Shown here: positions 26,714 to 37,623 of the stretch, in pieces
Position numbering within the stretch: the stretch's first letter is position 1
Layout: every line of letters starts with the position of its first letter
Source: Gonapodya sp. JEL0774
Lineage: Eukaryota
NCBI GenBank assembly: GCA_027604505.1
Contig: JADIIX010000068.1
Span: forward strand, 62,001-116,261
Direction of reading: 5' to 3'
DNA length: 54,261 nucleotides
Translations under genes and position numbers: made by a program
Notes under the pieces: generated by a model
Seen by the model: only the letters and a program-made list of their open reading frames with translations
Told to the model about the DNA's origin: nothing
The model's database searches: none

Positions 26714-27827
26714 ATGAGGGGAGGGATGCGGATTGGGAGTGGAGCGTGGATGGATTGGGGAGTGATGAGAGTTTGGAGTTGTTGGAGGGAGGAGGGGAGA
26801 GTTGTTGGGAGGGAGGAGGTGGTGAGGAGGGGGAGGAGGGAGGGGAGTGCGGGGGAGAGGAGGATGGGGAGAGGGAGGGAATGGGGATTGAGGACAGGCA
26901 CCATGGACCATGCGGGCAGGGTGTCAGAGTCTGCACTGTGTGCTGTGTCTGTGTGTGGTGGTCGGTGGAGTGGGCCGAGTGGGCGGGCGACCCTCCACAC
27001 TCAGCCTGCAGCCCACGCACCCCATGCAGAAGCCCCATCACACCCATCACACCCCACTGCACCCACTGCCCCACCTGCACCCCCACCTGCCCCATCTCCC
27101 CCATCTGCACCCACTCCCACTCCCAACCACCCCACACTCCCCACACTCCCCACACTCCCCCTGTCTCCCACAATCCACCACATCCTCAACGCTCCTCCTC
27201 TCTCCCCACTCTCCCCTCCCTCTCCCGTCTCTCTCATCGCGTGGGTCAAGTCTTATCGCCATCTCAAGTCGAAATTCTTCCTCAACGTACACGACGCGTC
27301 CTCCCTCGACCACTTGCAGTGCATCCTGCCTCTGCACTTGCTCGACGCTCCCATCGACCCCAACGACCCCCTGCATTCCCCCACACTCCAACACCTTCTC
27401 ACCCTCGGTGCTGCGGTTCGTCTCGAGGGAATGCTCGTCCCCAGTCCGGCAAAGGGGCAGACCGTGGAGTTGTTGGTGGATCAGTGTCGGGTGGTTGGGC
27501 CTGCTGATCCAGAGGTGAGTCCCCACGCGAGCGATAGCGAGCGTCTGTGGCCCGAGCGGAGTGAGGGCCCTCGCCCAAGCGTCAGCGACGGGCAGAGTCC
27601 GCCGGAGGCGAGTGATCCCCAGCGGTCCAGATGGGCCGATGAGGTCCATATGGACCAATTCACATCCGCCGGAGGCGACTGACCCTTCCCTCGCCCAAGC
27701 GTCAGCGACGGGCAGAGTCCGCCGGAGGCGAGTGACCTATACCTTGGACTATGGGCTATGGACAATGGACTATGGACTATGAACTATGGACTATGGACGA
27801 TGGACTATGGACTATGGACTATGGTCG

Positions 27828-27873
<46 letters not shown>

Positions 27874-30163
27874 TCTATGGTCTATGGTCTATGGTCTATG
27901 GTCTATGGACTATGGACTATGGACTTTGGACTTTGGACTATGGACTATGAACTATGAACTATGGACCATGGACTATGGTCTATGTCCTATGTCCTATGTC
28001 CTATGGACTATGGACTATGGACTCTGGACTATGGGCTATGGACTATGGACTCTGGACTATGGACGATGGACCATGGACTATGGTCTATGTCCTATGTCCT
28101 ATGTCCTATGGACTATGGACTATGGACTATGGGCGATGGACTATGGACTATGGGCTATGGTCTATGGACTATGGACTCTGGACTATGGACTATGGACTTA
28201 CCCACCCCCACAACTCTCTCCTCTCCCCCTCCTCACCCCCAAGACCTACCCCCTCACCAAATCCCGCCTCTCCCTCTCCCACCTCCGCGAACCCCACGTC
28301 CTCCACCTGCGCACCCGCACGCGCACCTTTGCCGCTGTCGCCAGACTCAGAGGGGCCCTGGAGAGCGGGGTGAGACGGTGGTTCGAGGTGGGCTCTCCTT
28401 TGTGAAGGGGGGGTTTTGAGGTGTGAGGGGGAATGGGGAATGGGGTTGAGGGGAAGGGAATTGGTGGGGTTACTGTACTGGCAATGGGGTAGAGTGAGGG
28501 CATAACCAAGCCGCAGTGTCATATGCGCAGACTGGTTTCGCCGAGCTGCCCGACGCTCACCACCCTTGTACCCACCACCCCCCGCCCCACCCCTCACCCC
28601 TCTACCCCACCCCCCACCCACCCCACTCCCACCCCAACATAGTCCCACTCCTTCCTCCACGCCCACACCCCCATCATCACCACCAACGACTGCGAGGGCG
28701 GCGGCGAGGTGTTCCGCGTGGACGTGGAGGGGGCGGGGGCGGGGGTGGGGCGGACCCAGGCCAAAGGGGGCCACGGTGACAGTAATGCCGGCTCCTCCGA
28801 TTCGGCTTCTCCGTATGCCTCTACCTCTCTCGGTCCCGTCACACCGCCCACCCCCACCCCCACCCCCGCCTTCTTCCCCCACCCGACCTACCTCACCGTC
28901 TCCTCCCAGCTCCACCTCGAGTCCCACCTCACCTCCACCCCGCGCGTGTACACCCTGTCGCCCTGCTTCCGCGCCGAACCCAGCGCAACGTCGCGACATT
29001 TGGCGGAGTTTTGGATGGCAGAGGCGGAGTGGGTCGGCGGCACGGAGCACGGGGTACACGAGGTGTGCGATGTGGTCGAGGCCTGCGTGAAGGGGGTCGT
29101 CGGGTGGCTCGTGCGGGGGGGCAGGGCCGCCGAGGTGGACGGTGCCGGTGCGGGCGGCGGCGGCGGCGCGGCGGCCTCGATCATGGCGTCCACCTCCACC
29201 CACACCCACACCATCCAACCCTCGCTTCCCCCCGCGCCCGCCTACGACCCCCGCCCCGACCTAGCGTTCCTCTCGGCCTCTGTCCAAGGGGCCGAGGGGC
29301 TGGTACCGATGCTTGAGGGTGTGGCGGATCAGGGGAGGAGGTTTTACCGCGTGACATATACCGAGGCCGTGAGGGTGTTGCAGGCCGTGGATAGGTGGGG
29401 GGGACGGGGACGGGGACGGGCGGGGGGAAAGGAGATGGAGAAGGATGAGGGTGAGGACGAGGATAGAGGAGTCGAGACGGGGTCAGAGCAAGGGACAGAT
29501 AAGATGGGTGAAACGGGTGAGACGATCCGGGTGGTCCTCCGCGTGGGTGAGACCGGCCACGTGACGTTTGTGGGCGCAGGCGCGGGTGGTGGTGCGGGCC
29601 ATGACACCTCCATCACCAGCACCAGCACCCTCCACCTCGACCTCCCCCGCCCCACCTTCATCCACCCGGTCCAATGGGGCTTGCCCCTCCAGACCGAACA
29701 CGAGCGGTACCTCGCTGAAACGGTGTTCGCGTACCCGGTGTTTGTGACGGATTATCCGGCGAAAATCAAGCCGTTTTATATGAAGGTGAACGAAGCCGGG
29801 GTGGTGAGTGGGCATGGGGAGGGGCAGCACGGGGGAGACGGAAAAGAAGGGGTAAAAGAGGACTCGGGCGATCGCACCACCGTGGCTTGCACCGACCTCC
29901 TGGTCCCCCGCATCGGCGAGCTGTGCGGCGGGTCGGTCCGCGAACCCCGGTTGGCCCAGCTCGAGTCACGCATGCGCGCCGCAGGCTTGGACACCTCGCC
30001 CACGGGACCCTACGGCTACTACTTGGATCTCCGCCGGTGGGGCAGCGTGCCCCACGCAGGGTTCGGAATGGGGTTCGAGAGGTTGGTCATGATGTGTACG
30101 GGGATGGGGAGTGTGAGGGATGTGGTGGTGTGGGGGTGGTGGGCCGGGAGTTGTAGAGGGTGA
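26714..30163 (+). CDS. NARS2: Asparaginyl-tRNA synthetase, mitochondrial-type (NARS2/SLM5-like); start uncertain
   Basis: OB-fold (WVKSYRH..FLNVHDASS), LHLRTRT, TPIITTNDCEGGGEVF, YLTVSSQLHLE, FRAEPSATSRHLAEFWMAEAE, EHERYL, PFYM, GELCGGSVRE, PHAGFGMGFERLV. Introns 27515-28243 and 28388-28642. Confidence 0.92.
27568..27735. repeat. 48-bp exact direct repeat (27568-27615 and 27688-27735) within a hairpin-rich segment
   Basis: ccctcgcccaagcgtcagcgacgggcagagtccgccggaggcgagtga occurs twice with 120-bp spacing; partial copy near 27665. Confidence 0.95.
27746..28198. repeat. Heptanucleotide tandem repeat (GGACTAT)n, about 65 units, intronic
   Basis: Directly visible; variants ggtctat, gtcctat, ggactct, gggctat; a 105-bp higher-order duplication at 27961 and 28066. 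Confidence 0.97.
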
Positions 30164-30269
30164 GCAGGGGGGCACAGAGGGGAGATGCGTGGTAGTGGGT
30201 AGAGCTAGAGCTGGGGACATTGCAAATAGATGATATTTTATGTGGGGGGAACACACAATCGCGTTGACT

Positions 30270-32468
30270 TCACGTTCGTGGTGTTGGTGCGTGGGGACCA
30301 AAACTTACCACAAGGGAGTGGCGAGAGGCAGAAACCCAAAAAAGCTTTAGGGTCATCAAACGGCCCGTGTGAGACACCTTCAATGTATTGAAAACTCTTT
30401 TAGATCTCCTTCCGGAATGCGGACTGGAGATGCATACGTGTACAAAGACATTGCCCGCCCCGTCAGGTAAGAACATATGTAACACCACTTGCGATACCGG
30501 ATTGCGAAGACGAATAAACCACTGTCCACCGATGAGAATCATACCTTGCGCCATTTCGGTCTGCCCCTTTGATGCACTGTTTTCGTCTTGGAATCGCCCC
30601 TGAGTGATCTCCGAAACAACTTGTGTTTTAAACTTGCCGCCTCTTCCTCACCAACATAGCCCCGCCAGGAAAGGTCACGTGCACGTTTTTTGGGGAAACC
30701 AATCCTTGGTTTGGTTTTGGTTTCGAGAGAGGTGTTTGAGCTAGGTTCAGACCTACCCCATGCTACGATTCCTCCGCACGGCAGTGCCGTGGTGATTGGA
30801 CTATCAAGGTCAGAGAGGGACATCGTAGACGGTATCTGGAGACAGACGGTGAAAGGATCTTTCAAGGATTGGATGTGGCTCGATTGCTTCGTCGAATGAA
30901 CGGACGGACATTCAATGACACTGCTTTCGGAAGGAAACCGTTACCTTCGTGAGAATTCCACATTCGTATTTACTCGTAGCAATAGCGTTGTGAGGCTTTT
31001 GTCGCGATGTATAAGTAAGTACGGGAATTGCAGTGATGACGAGTACTTGAATGTGGAACGCAATACAATGGCCCAGCCACATATCAAAACCAAAGTGAAT
31101 TCTTAGAGCGCTGAGTTATGCAGAGATGTCACCATGACGAGCTGGAGATATGCGAAACTTGTCAACAATTGCACCAAACAATGCAGCCGAGAAGCCCCAC
31201 CCAACTCGAGATCTGAAACATGCGCCCTTGCGCGACATGTTGAAAGGCAGTCTCGAATCGCCCGAGAAGAAAGTTGCGCGACAGTGTTGAGGCGAAAGTG
31301 CGGTAAGCGATAAATCCGATTTGGCACCACGCAATAGAGCAGAATCTGCATGCACAGGAGAAAGCAGAGATGCAGCCACTGGTGAAGAACATACCGATAT
31401 GTGTAGACAAAAAAAAAAAAAGAAAGGTCCCGACAGAGCCACTGCGATGGGAGCCGCCATTTCAAAGAGGTGAAGCTCGGGAAGAAAGCGGATGACAAGT
31501 GATTGTCACATTGTTGAGACTTGAGGGAGAGGGTGCCAAACGGAGGTAAATCCTCAGTCATCTTTTTCAGAGTTTGAGAGTGTCCTCGAGAATGCCCGTG
31601 CTCTCCCTGCTCCACTGATCCTGTTCGTGTTTGCTGTGGGGAAGGGGGGAATCAATCGACTCTCACGGGGTCCCCAACCGCAATCAATCGATCAAGAATT
31701 TCAAACTTGTACTCTGGATACTATTCGGCATGACTTGCTTCAGACCAGCCTCTGTCGAAATATAAAATCGCTCCACGGTTAAAGTTGGTGGGTGATCCGC
31801 AGTTGAAGGTGGTTGGTGTTCCTTGTGAATCCAAAACACAGAGAGATGACGTCGTTCTTTGCACCCTTCACATTGTGATCAAAATGCACAGTTCAGGACT
31901 CTTCCAGCCAACAGAACGGAGTCCCCGGGGCCCGCTCTATAGCATGTGGTGATGTAGGTCCCATCAGGCTTTCTGGACAAACTTGACAAGATGTGCTAGC
32001 ACTTGAGACAAGACTTGTCAAAAATGAATACAACAGATCTGCCGATGGGATTGTCGTTCAGATTTAGGTGTGCCTGACGCTCATCGTCCAGACGAGGTCA
32101 ATCCACGAAGTAATAGCCCACTGAGGATTGCACGGGTAGGGGTGAGCCATCCCTTCCATAAGAGAAATCTCTTCTTTGCCACCCAGAAAAGGACCAAAAC
32201 AAGAAATCCTCACAGCAAAAAACTTTGACGATGCAAGCGATGACATTGAGACGTCTGAACAAGAGAACGACAGACACCGCGGCGAAGGGAAAAAAGCTAA
32301 AGCAAGAGATTCTTGTACAGATGTCTCGATGTAGTCACTCGCATCGTCCTCTTCTTCAGTTGAGAACCTCTCTCACTCGACCCCAAACGATCGGTTCCTG
32401 AATTGGACCATGTTCTCCTTTTCAGGGTCCACTTCAGGCATGAATAGTTTGAGGTTACTCTCGCTCAT
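30270..32468 (-). CDS. Possible multi-exon hypothetical gene (structure unresolved)
   Basis: Several short minus-strand open segments bounded by GT/AG-like sites and an ATG near 32468; no family recognised. Confidence 0.25.
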
Positions 32469-32720
32469 GGAGAATCATGCATGAAACAGATATGGGGTCG
32501 AGAGAGAGAGAGAAAGTGGGACGTGTGAGGAATAAGTGGGGATCAGGTGGTTCGCCACTTGGAAGGGTGAAGGATCACAGTACAAAAGCGAAGATTGGAA
32601 CTGGCAAGAGCAGGCAGCCGAAAGAAAGATTGTGAAAGGCGGATTAGCCAGGTTCCCTAAAACGTGGGGTTGTCTCAACTGTGGAGACTCCAGAATGATC
32701 ACAGCAAATATAATTGACAA

Positions 32721-33509
32721 ATGACGGATCCCTCCAGCCCGCCACGCGATCATAACCCCAGGAAAATCGTCTGGACCACCCCACCCAATCCATCGTCGCA
32801 ACTCCTCGCTCCCGACGCCCGCGGGCCTGGACTTTTCCCCTCCAACCACCATCGGTCGACTTTCGCCGTCCCCGCGTCTCACAAAACGAGCCCAACGGCC
32901 GACTCATCATGGCCTTCTCCAATGATGAAGGAGCGGATCTTGGAGTACCGGGACGGAGATTGGGACGGGACGGACGAGGAGGGTGGATCGTTCGAGGAGG
33001 ACGAGCCGGGCGCGAGGACGGCAGGGACGGGACAGAGGAGGTCCAAGAGGGATTATGAACGTGAACGCGACTGGGAGATAGAGATGATGGACGAGGACGG
33101 ACTTGATGAGGACTCTGAGGTGCAGGAGCTCGACGGCGAGGGGGAGTGTCGTGCGGATAACCGCGAGCCGGTGGGCATATCGGACTCTGAGACGGCGCAG
33201 GAAGTGGACGTTGATCTTGGATACGTAGAAAGCGAACGAGGAGCAGGCTCTCGGCGGGAAAAACAACGGACACATCCCTTCCCGGCGATTGCCACTGAGC
33301 CCGAACAAACCCACCACCCGTCACCATATTGTCCCCGCTACCAGCCCACCCCATACACCTCAATCGTGCTCGTATTGCAAATAACTTTTGGGGTACTGGC
33401 TCTGTTAGTCGCTGCCCTCGTGGGGATTCTGTCTCTGAAGGCTGTGGGGAGGCGAACCGACGATTTCGACGACGTGGGTTGTCCAGTGATCGTGTTTCTC
33501 TCTCCATAA
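32721..33509 (+). CDS. Hypothetical acidic protein with one C-terminal transmembrane helix
   Basis: 262-aa ATG-initiated ORF, D/E-rich middle, hydrophobic SIVLVLQITFGVLALLVAALVGILSL. Confidence 0.55.
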   Translation: MTDPSSPPRDHNPRKIVWTTPPNPSSQLLAPDARGPGLFPSNHHRSTFAVPASHKTSPTADSSWPSPMMKERILEYRDGDWDGTDEEGGSFEEDEPGARTAGTGQRRSKRDYERERDWEIEMMDEDGLDEDSEVQELDGEGECRADNREPVGISDSETAQEVDVDLGYVESERGAGSRREKQRTHPFPAIATEPEQTHHPSPYCPRYQPTPYTSIVLVLQITFGVLALLVAALVGILSLKAVGRRTDDFDDVGCPVIVFLSP

Positions 33510-33920
33510 TCCCGTTCTGCTCAGCGACCTGACATGTTCGAACGTGTGCCAACACTCCCTGCCCGTCCCCCCACACACATCTTGCCTCGTTCAGGAAACC
33601 CTCCATATGATCGTTCTCCGGGTTTTCACCGACGTGCTCCGGCTAATCTTCCCCGTGGTAAAACATGTATGAGCCCATTGCAAGTGCGTCAGCGGCAGAC
33701 CGAGAGAGATTGTTTGACCATTAGACAATTTTGTGTTAATTTCAATTTTGAGACGGGTTGTGAGACGAATAGTCATTTCCATTTCATTTTCGGGTTTCCC
33801 AAGAGAAAAAAGGAACAGAATATTGAAAGAGTTAAAAGGAGGCAAAAGGTATCCACTTCCACGGAAGCATTCGCAATGACTCAGTCTTCGGTATGAAATT
33901 GCAGGGTGACCGAGATTGTT

Positions 33921-34601
33921 CTAGTCTACAAAATTTTCGTTATTCATGCATTCGATGCAGGTACCACTGTAGCGCTCTCGCCACTGAGTTTTGGAGAACT
34001 GCGGTGCGAGCAAGAGAGGTGTGTCAACGTACCCTCGCAAACACACTCTCGAGAAACACGACCGAGAACATACATCATTTCTAGTTTTCTCCACATGACA
34101 ACCAGCGCATTTCTTTGTGGCTTGTGCTGGTAGGGGTTTACTCTTTTGCAAGGGGACAGGCCGTGTGATCACCGTGCCTCTCTTTGGGGGCTCACACCGG
34201 ACGCACACAAGGTTTTCGAGACGGTGTACACGGTCAGATTGCGATTCTTTGGAATTTCAGTGGAGAAGGGGGGTGGTGTGGTGACTTTTTCGGAGGGGTC
34301 CGGTGACGAGCCCGACCAACACACAACAGATCTCTCACCTGGCCGTTCCCCCGCCAAGTACTGAAACTTGCCCAGAGATAAATCACTCGCGCGGCACTTC
34401 TTGCATGTTAGAAAGCATGCAGGGACGTGCTTCCCCACATCATACCAGAGGTCTTGAGTGGGGTCAGCTACCATAGAGTGGAGTTCAGTGTTACGTTCGT
34501 TCGTCGGAGACCGTACAATCAGAGAATGCGGTGAACGCACAGCGATACTCGACATAGTGCTCTTCATTGAATATAGACATTTTGATTGATGGGAGGGCCA
34601 T
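33921..34601 (-). CDS. Small protein with Stc1-like zinc finger
   Basis: Spliced C-terminus KKCAGCHVEKTRND|FSKTQWRERYSGTCIEC (intron 33999-34073); an extra CKKC upstream. Confidence 0.6.
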
Positions 34602-34662
34602 TCTTGTTGAATGCGGGAATGCTCGAGCGACTGAGCAGTCTTAAATATATAGGTGGCTCGAA

Positions 34663-35919
34663 ATGAGAGCACCTTTGTTCTTCACCATGCTGTTCTCATC
34701 ACCCAAAGCACTCGCTGCATCCACGCAGAAGATCACCTGTAGAACCATCTCATCGCCCTTTACAGCAAACGCCCCGCGTGTACCTTCTCCGTCGACCGGA
34801 AACACCTGCTCGCACTTTCGTCGGTCCTTGTCCTTTACTCCCGCATCCTTCCAGTCAAAACCTGACGATGGCGTGGCACCTTCGCCGGCCGTACGTGGTC
34901 GACGAAGACCGAACATGGCTGGGGCTCAGAAGCGGGGAGGGCCGGCGAAAGAGATTGTGGATTTGACTGGAAGAATCGCCAGCGATGTGAGGGCACGATC
35001 GTTTTGGTTTTTATTTTGATTTCGAGCATTCCATACATATGGATTGTGACATCGCCAGGGACTTGATCGATATCAGCTGGATTTCCTCGAAACCGCAGAA
35101 TGGGTCAAGGATCTTCTCCTGAAGATGAAAACGCATGGTCCCAAGCTTGCAGGTCCGTTTGAGCATCCAGCGCTGAATGCAAACGTTTTTTTTTCGTCTG
35201 CAAGTTGGCTCGTTTGCTTGATATAGAAATGGCTCAAAAGAAGCCTTATAAACGTAACGCGTCCCAACTCCTCACGTTTCACACCACCACCACTTTCGAC
35301 TTCGACTTCACCATACCTCATCACGTACATTCCTATGGACGGGACCGGACTGTCGCCGTCTCCTTTTGTGTTGGAGAACTCGTGCAGCAACTGCGTTTAA
35401 CTCCCGCACAGCACCACAAACTTCTGCTGCTCGTTACAGGGAGTGGTTCAGCCCAAGCGCTCGGAAATGAACATGCAAACGGTCCACAAAGTCGTTTGCA
35501 AGCTGGGGCGTTGGAAAAGGTGGCGGCAAAGGCGGAACAGGAAACAGTCGCCTATGACCTGGAGTCGGATACAGTGACGATTTCATGTGACACCTTCATG
35601 CTCAAAGGACAGAATAAAAAGTGGCTCAGCGATACGGTTGATCGATTAATAATGGAGGCTCGGGTTTGTTCTGCATGCATGCATTGTTGTTTCATCGCAC
35701 CGTCCTCATGGCTACTGCACCACCTCTCTGTTCCGTTGACAGGACCTCACTGACACCTTTTCGGACATACCCCTCGATATCCGTCTGCTAAAGGGGAAAC
35801 AGCCCACAACAAGGCGACCTAAACGTGAAACGCGATTCAGACGCATCAGGCTCGCGAGGTCCTTCCCGCAACAATGGTTGAAGCCAATCGAGGAAGTACA
35901 ATTAGAGCAGAGTGCATGA
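34663..35919 (+). CDS. RSM24: Mitochondrial small-subunit ribosomal protein mS35 (Rsm24/MRP-S28 domain)
   Basis: Presequence-like N-terminus; HKLLLL..YDLESDTVTISCDTF..QNKKWLSDTVDRLIMEAR|DLTDTFSDIPLD..FPQQW. Confidence 0.85.
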
Positions 35920-36010
35920 TGCAAGTTCATAGAATGTTGAATAAAGTACCGGATCGCCGGCCATGCACTTTTGTCACTATGCACGGTATCTGGGGTTCTC
36001 ATTTTTCACC

Positions 36011-37564
36011 ATGAGTTATCAGTTTCACGTCGCCAACTGGGCATACAAGGGGGAAGGCAACTCCAACCTTGTCCTTTCGTTCTGTGGTCCGCGATCCTCC
36101 TCACTTGATGGTTGCATTCTCCGTCTTCGCAAGGATGAATCAACTTCCGATACAGAGCTGCCAGCAGATTTCTGGAACGCGCGAAAGCTCGTCGAGTATC
36201 GTGACCTTGTCATCCGGCCACTTCTCGGCGAGGACTACGTTGCCCGCGCCCTTGCGGTAGACGTTGACAATGAGTTCCTGGAGGGAATCGCTGCCTCCCA
36301 AACGATCAAGGATGCGAGACCACCTTACAGGCGAAGTAGAAATGTCGACGTCAGGCAGCGGTGGGCGCTTCTCGAGTTGGACCATACTGTCACACTTGGT
36401 GGAAGGTTGATGGTGTCTTCCAAATCGAGATGGAACGAACAGCAAGATGGGCAGTCACTATCTGAGCAAAGTGTCGAAGTCATTGCCTTTGAAATCAAGC
36501 CAAAGTGGGGGTTTAAGCGGTCACTTGTGTCCGAAGCTGCTCGGTTCATCTCAAAAGACAACCTTGCCACCAAAGTAAACGCCTGTCGATTCTGCATGCA
36601 TCGGATCTGGAAGGATAGGAATGCCATTGAACGCACAACGGGTGCTTCCCCGAGTCACCATGAAGCGAACACTTTCCAGGGGCATGTTAGTGTTGGTCAC
36701 TCAAGGGAGGCTCCGACCCGCTTCTGTCCCCTCGACATGTATTCGGAAGAGCACAGCAGAATCCTCGCTTCGTGCGAGTGGTTATTCCGAGATCCCCGCA
36801 ACAACTTTGCACTTCACATAAACGGTCAACTCGTTGACATTACGGAGCTTTGGGGAGAAGACGAGCCTTCGTGGGTCTCCAGTCTGTCACGGTTTCTTGA
36901 TGTACTGGGTGTGAATGCGAACCCTCATATGGACATCAAGAGTGGATGTCTGGTACGGCTGATCAATGTCTTTGCAGATGTGATCAGTTATGAACCGGAG
37001 CCGTTGCATAACTTGAGGAGACATCAAGGAGGTTTGGACTCGATTGACATTGAGGGAGTGTTTCCGTTGTATTTAGATGTTGTTGCGACACATGGAGGCT
37101 ATGCAGACAGTTTGCTCGACTGCAGTCCCGTGGAGTGGCAGCAGGTAATGGAACGCTACAGACATCGTGTTGCTGTTGATTATGGGATGCTTCCTCTCGA
37201 GGATAAGTTACAGCTCATTAGAGAGTTTATGGTGTCAGCAACACTCAAGGACTGTACATTACTCGTGACGTTAGGACGATCAACTGACGGATCTAGCAGG
37301 GAGGAAGGTTCGTCTGTCCCTCCCACGGCAACACTTCCAGGGACTCAAGCTTCAGAAATTCTGGAATGTTTGGAAGTCCAGCGGGTTCGGCAATTGAACT
37401 TGATTAGTGGGACACCCTCCCAAGGTGGAGATGTCAACTTCACTTACAAAATGACATTTGTCGACACAGATCCGAAGCCAACAAGTCGGATACCTCACTA
37501 CTATAGATTAGATAGGGACATTGTTGAAAACGCAGCGCTCTTTGGTTTGGAGTGTTTTGAGTAA
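36011..37564 (+). CDS. IPK1: Inositol-pentakisphosphate 2-kinase
   Basis: WAYKGEGNSNLV, EIKPKWG, CRFCMH, FCPLDMY, PRNNF, TLKDCTL, DTDPKP; single long ORF. Confidence 0.92.
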   Translation: MSYQFHVANWAYKGEGNSNLVLSFCGPRSSSLDGCILRLRKDESTSDTELPADFWNARKLVEYRDLVIRPLLGEDYVARALAVDVDNEFLEGIAASQTIKDARPPYRRSRNVDVRQRWALLELDHTVTLGGRLMVSSKSRWNEQQDGQSLSEQSVEVIAFEIKPKWGFKRSLVSEAARFISKDNLATKVNACRFCMHRIWKDRNAIERTTGASPSHHEANTFQGHVSVGHSREAPTRFCPLDMYSEEHSRILASCEWLFRDPRNNFALHINGQLVDITELWGEDEPSWVSSLSRFLDVLGVNANPHMDIKSGCLVRLINVFADVISYEPEPLHNLRRHQGGLDSIDIEGVFPLYLDVVATHGGYADSLLDCSPVEWQQVMERYRHRVAVDYGMLPLEDKLQLIREFMVSATLKDCTLLVTLGRSTDGSSREEGSSVPPTATLPGTQASEILECLEVQRVRQLNLISGTPSQGGDVNFTYKMTFVDTDPKPTSRIPHYYRLDRDIVENAALFGLECFE

Positions 37565-37623
37565 TTATTGGGGTGGGAACTGAATGCATGTTTTCCCATC
37601 CCCAACATCAGTAACATTTCTGA

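Noticed and set aside
26525..27658. Pro/His/Gly-rich ORFs in alternative frames and on the minus strand
   Set aside because: Stop-poor by-products of low-complexity G/C-skewed DNA overlapping AsnRS.
27568..27735. CRISPR-like array
   Set aside because: Only two full repeat copies, eukaryotic intronic context, and no cas genes.
27751..28419. MDYGLWT-repeat ORFs as real proteins
   Set aside because: Artefact of the 7-bp repeat in all three frames; it lies within an AsnRS intron whose flanking exons join in frame (DPE|TYP).
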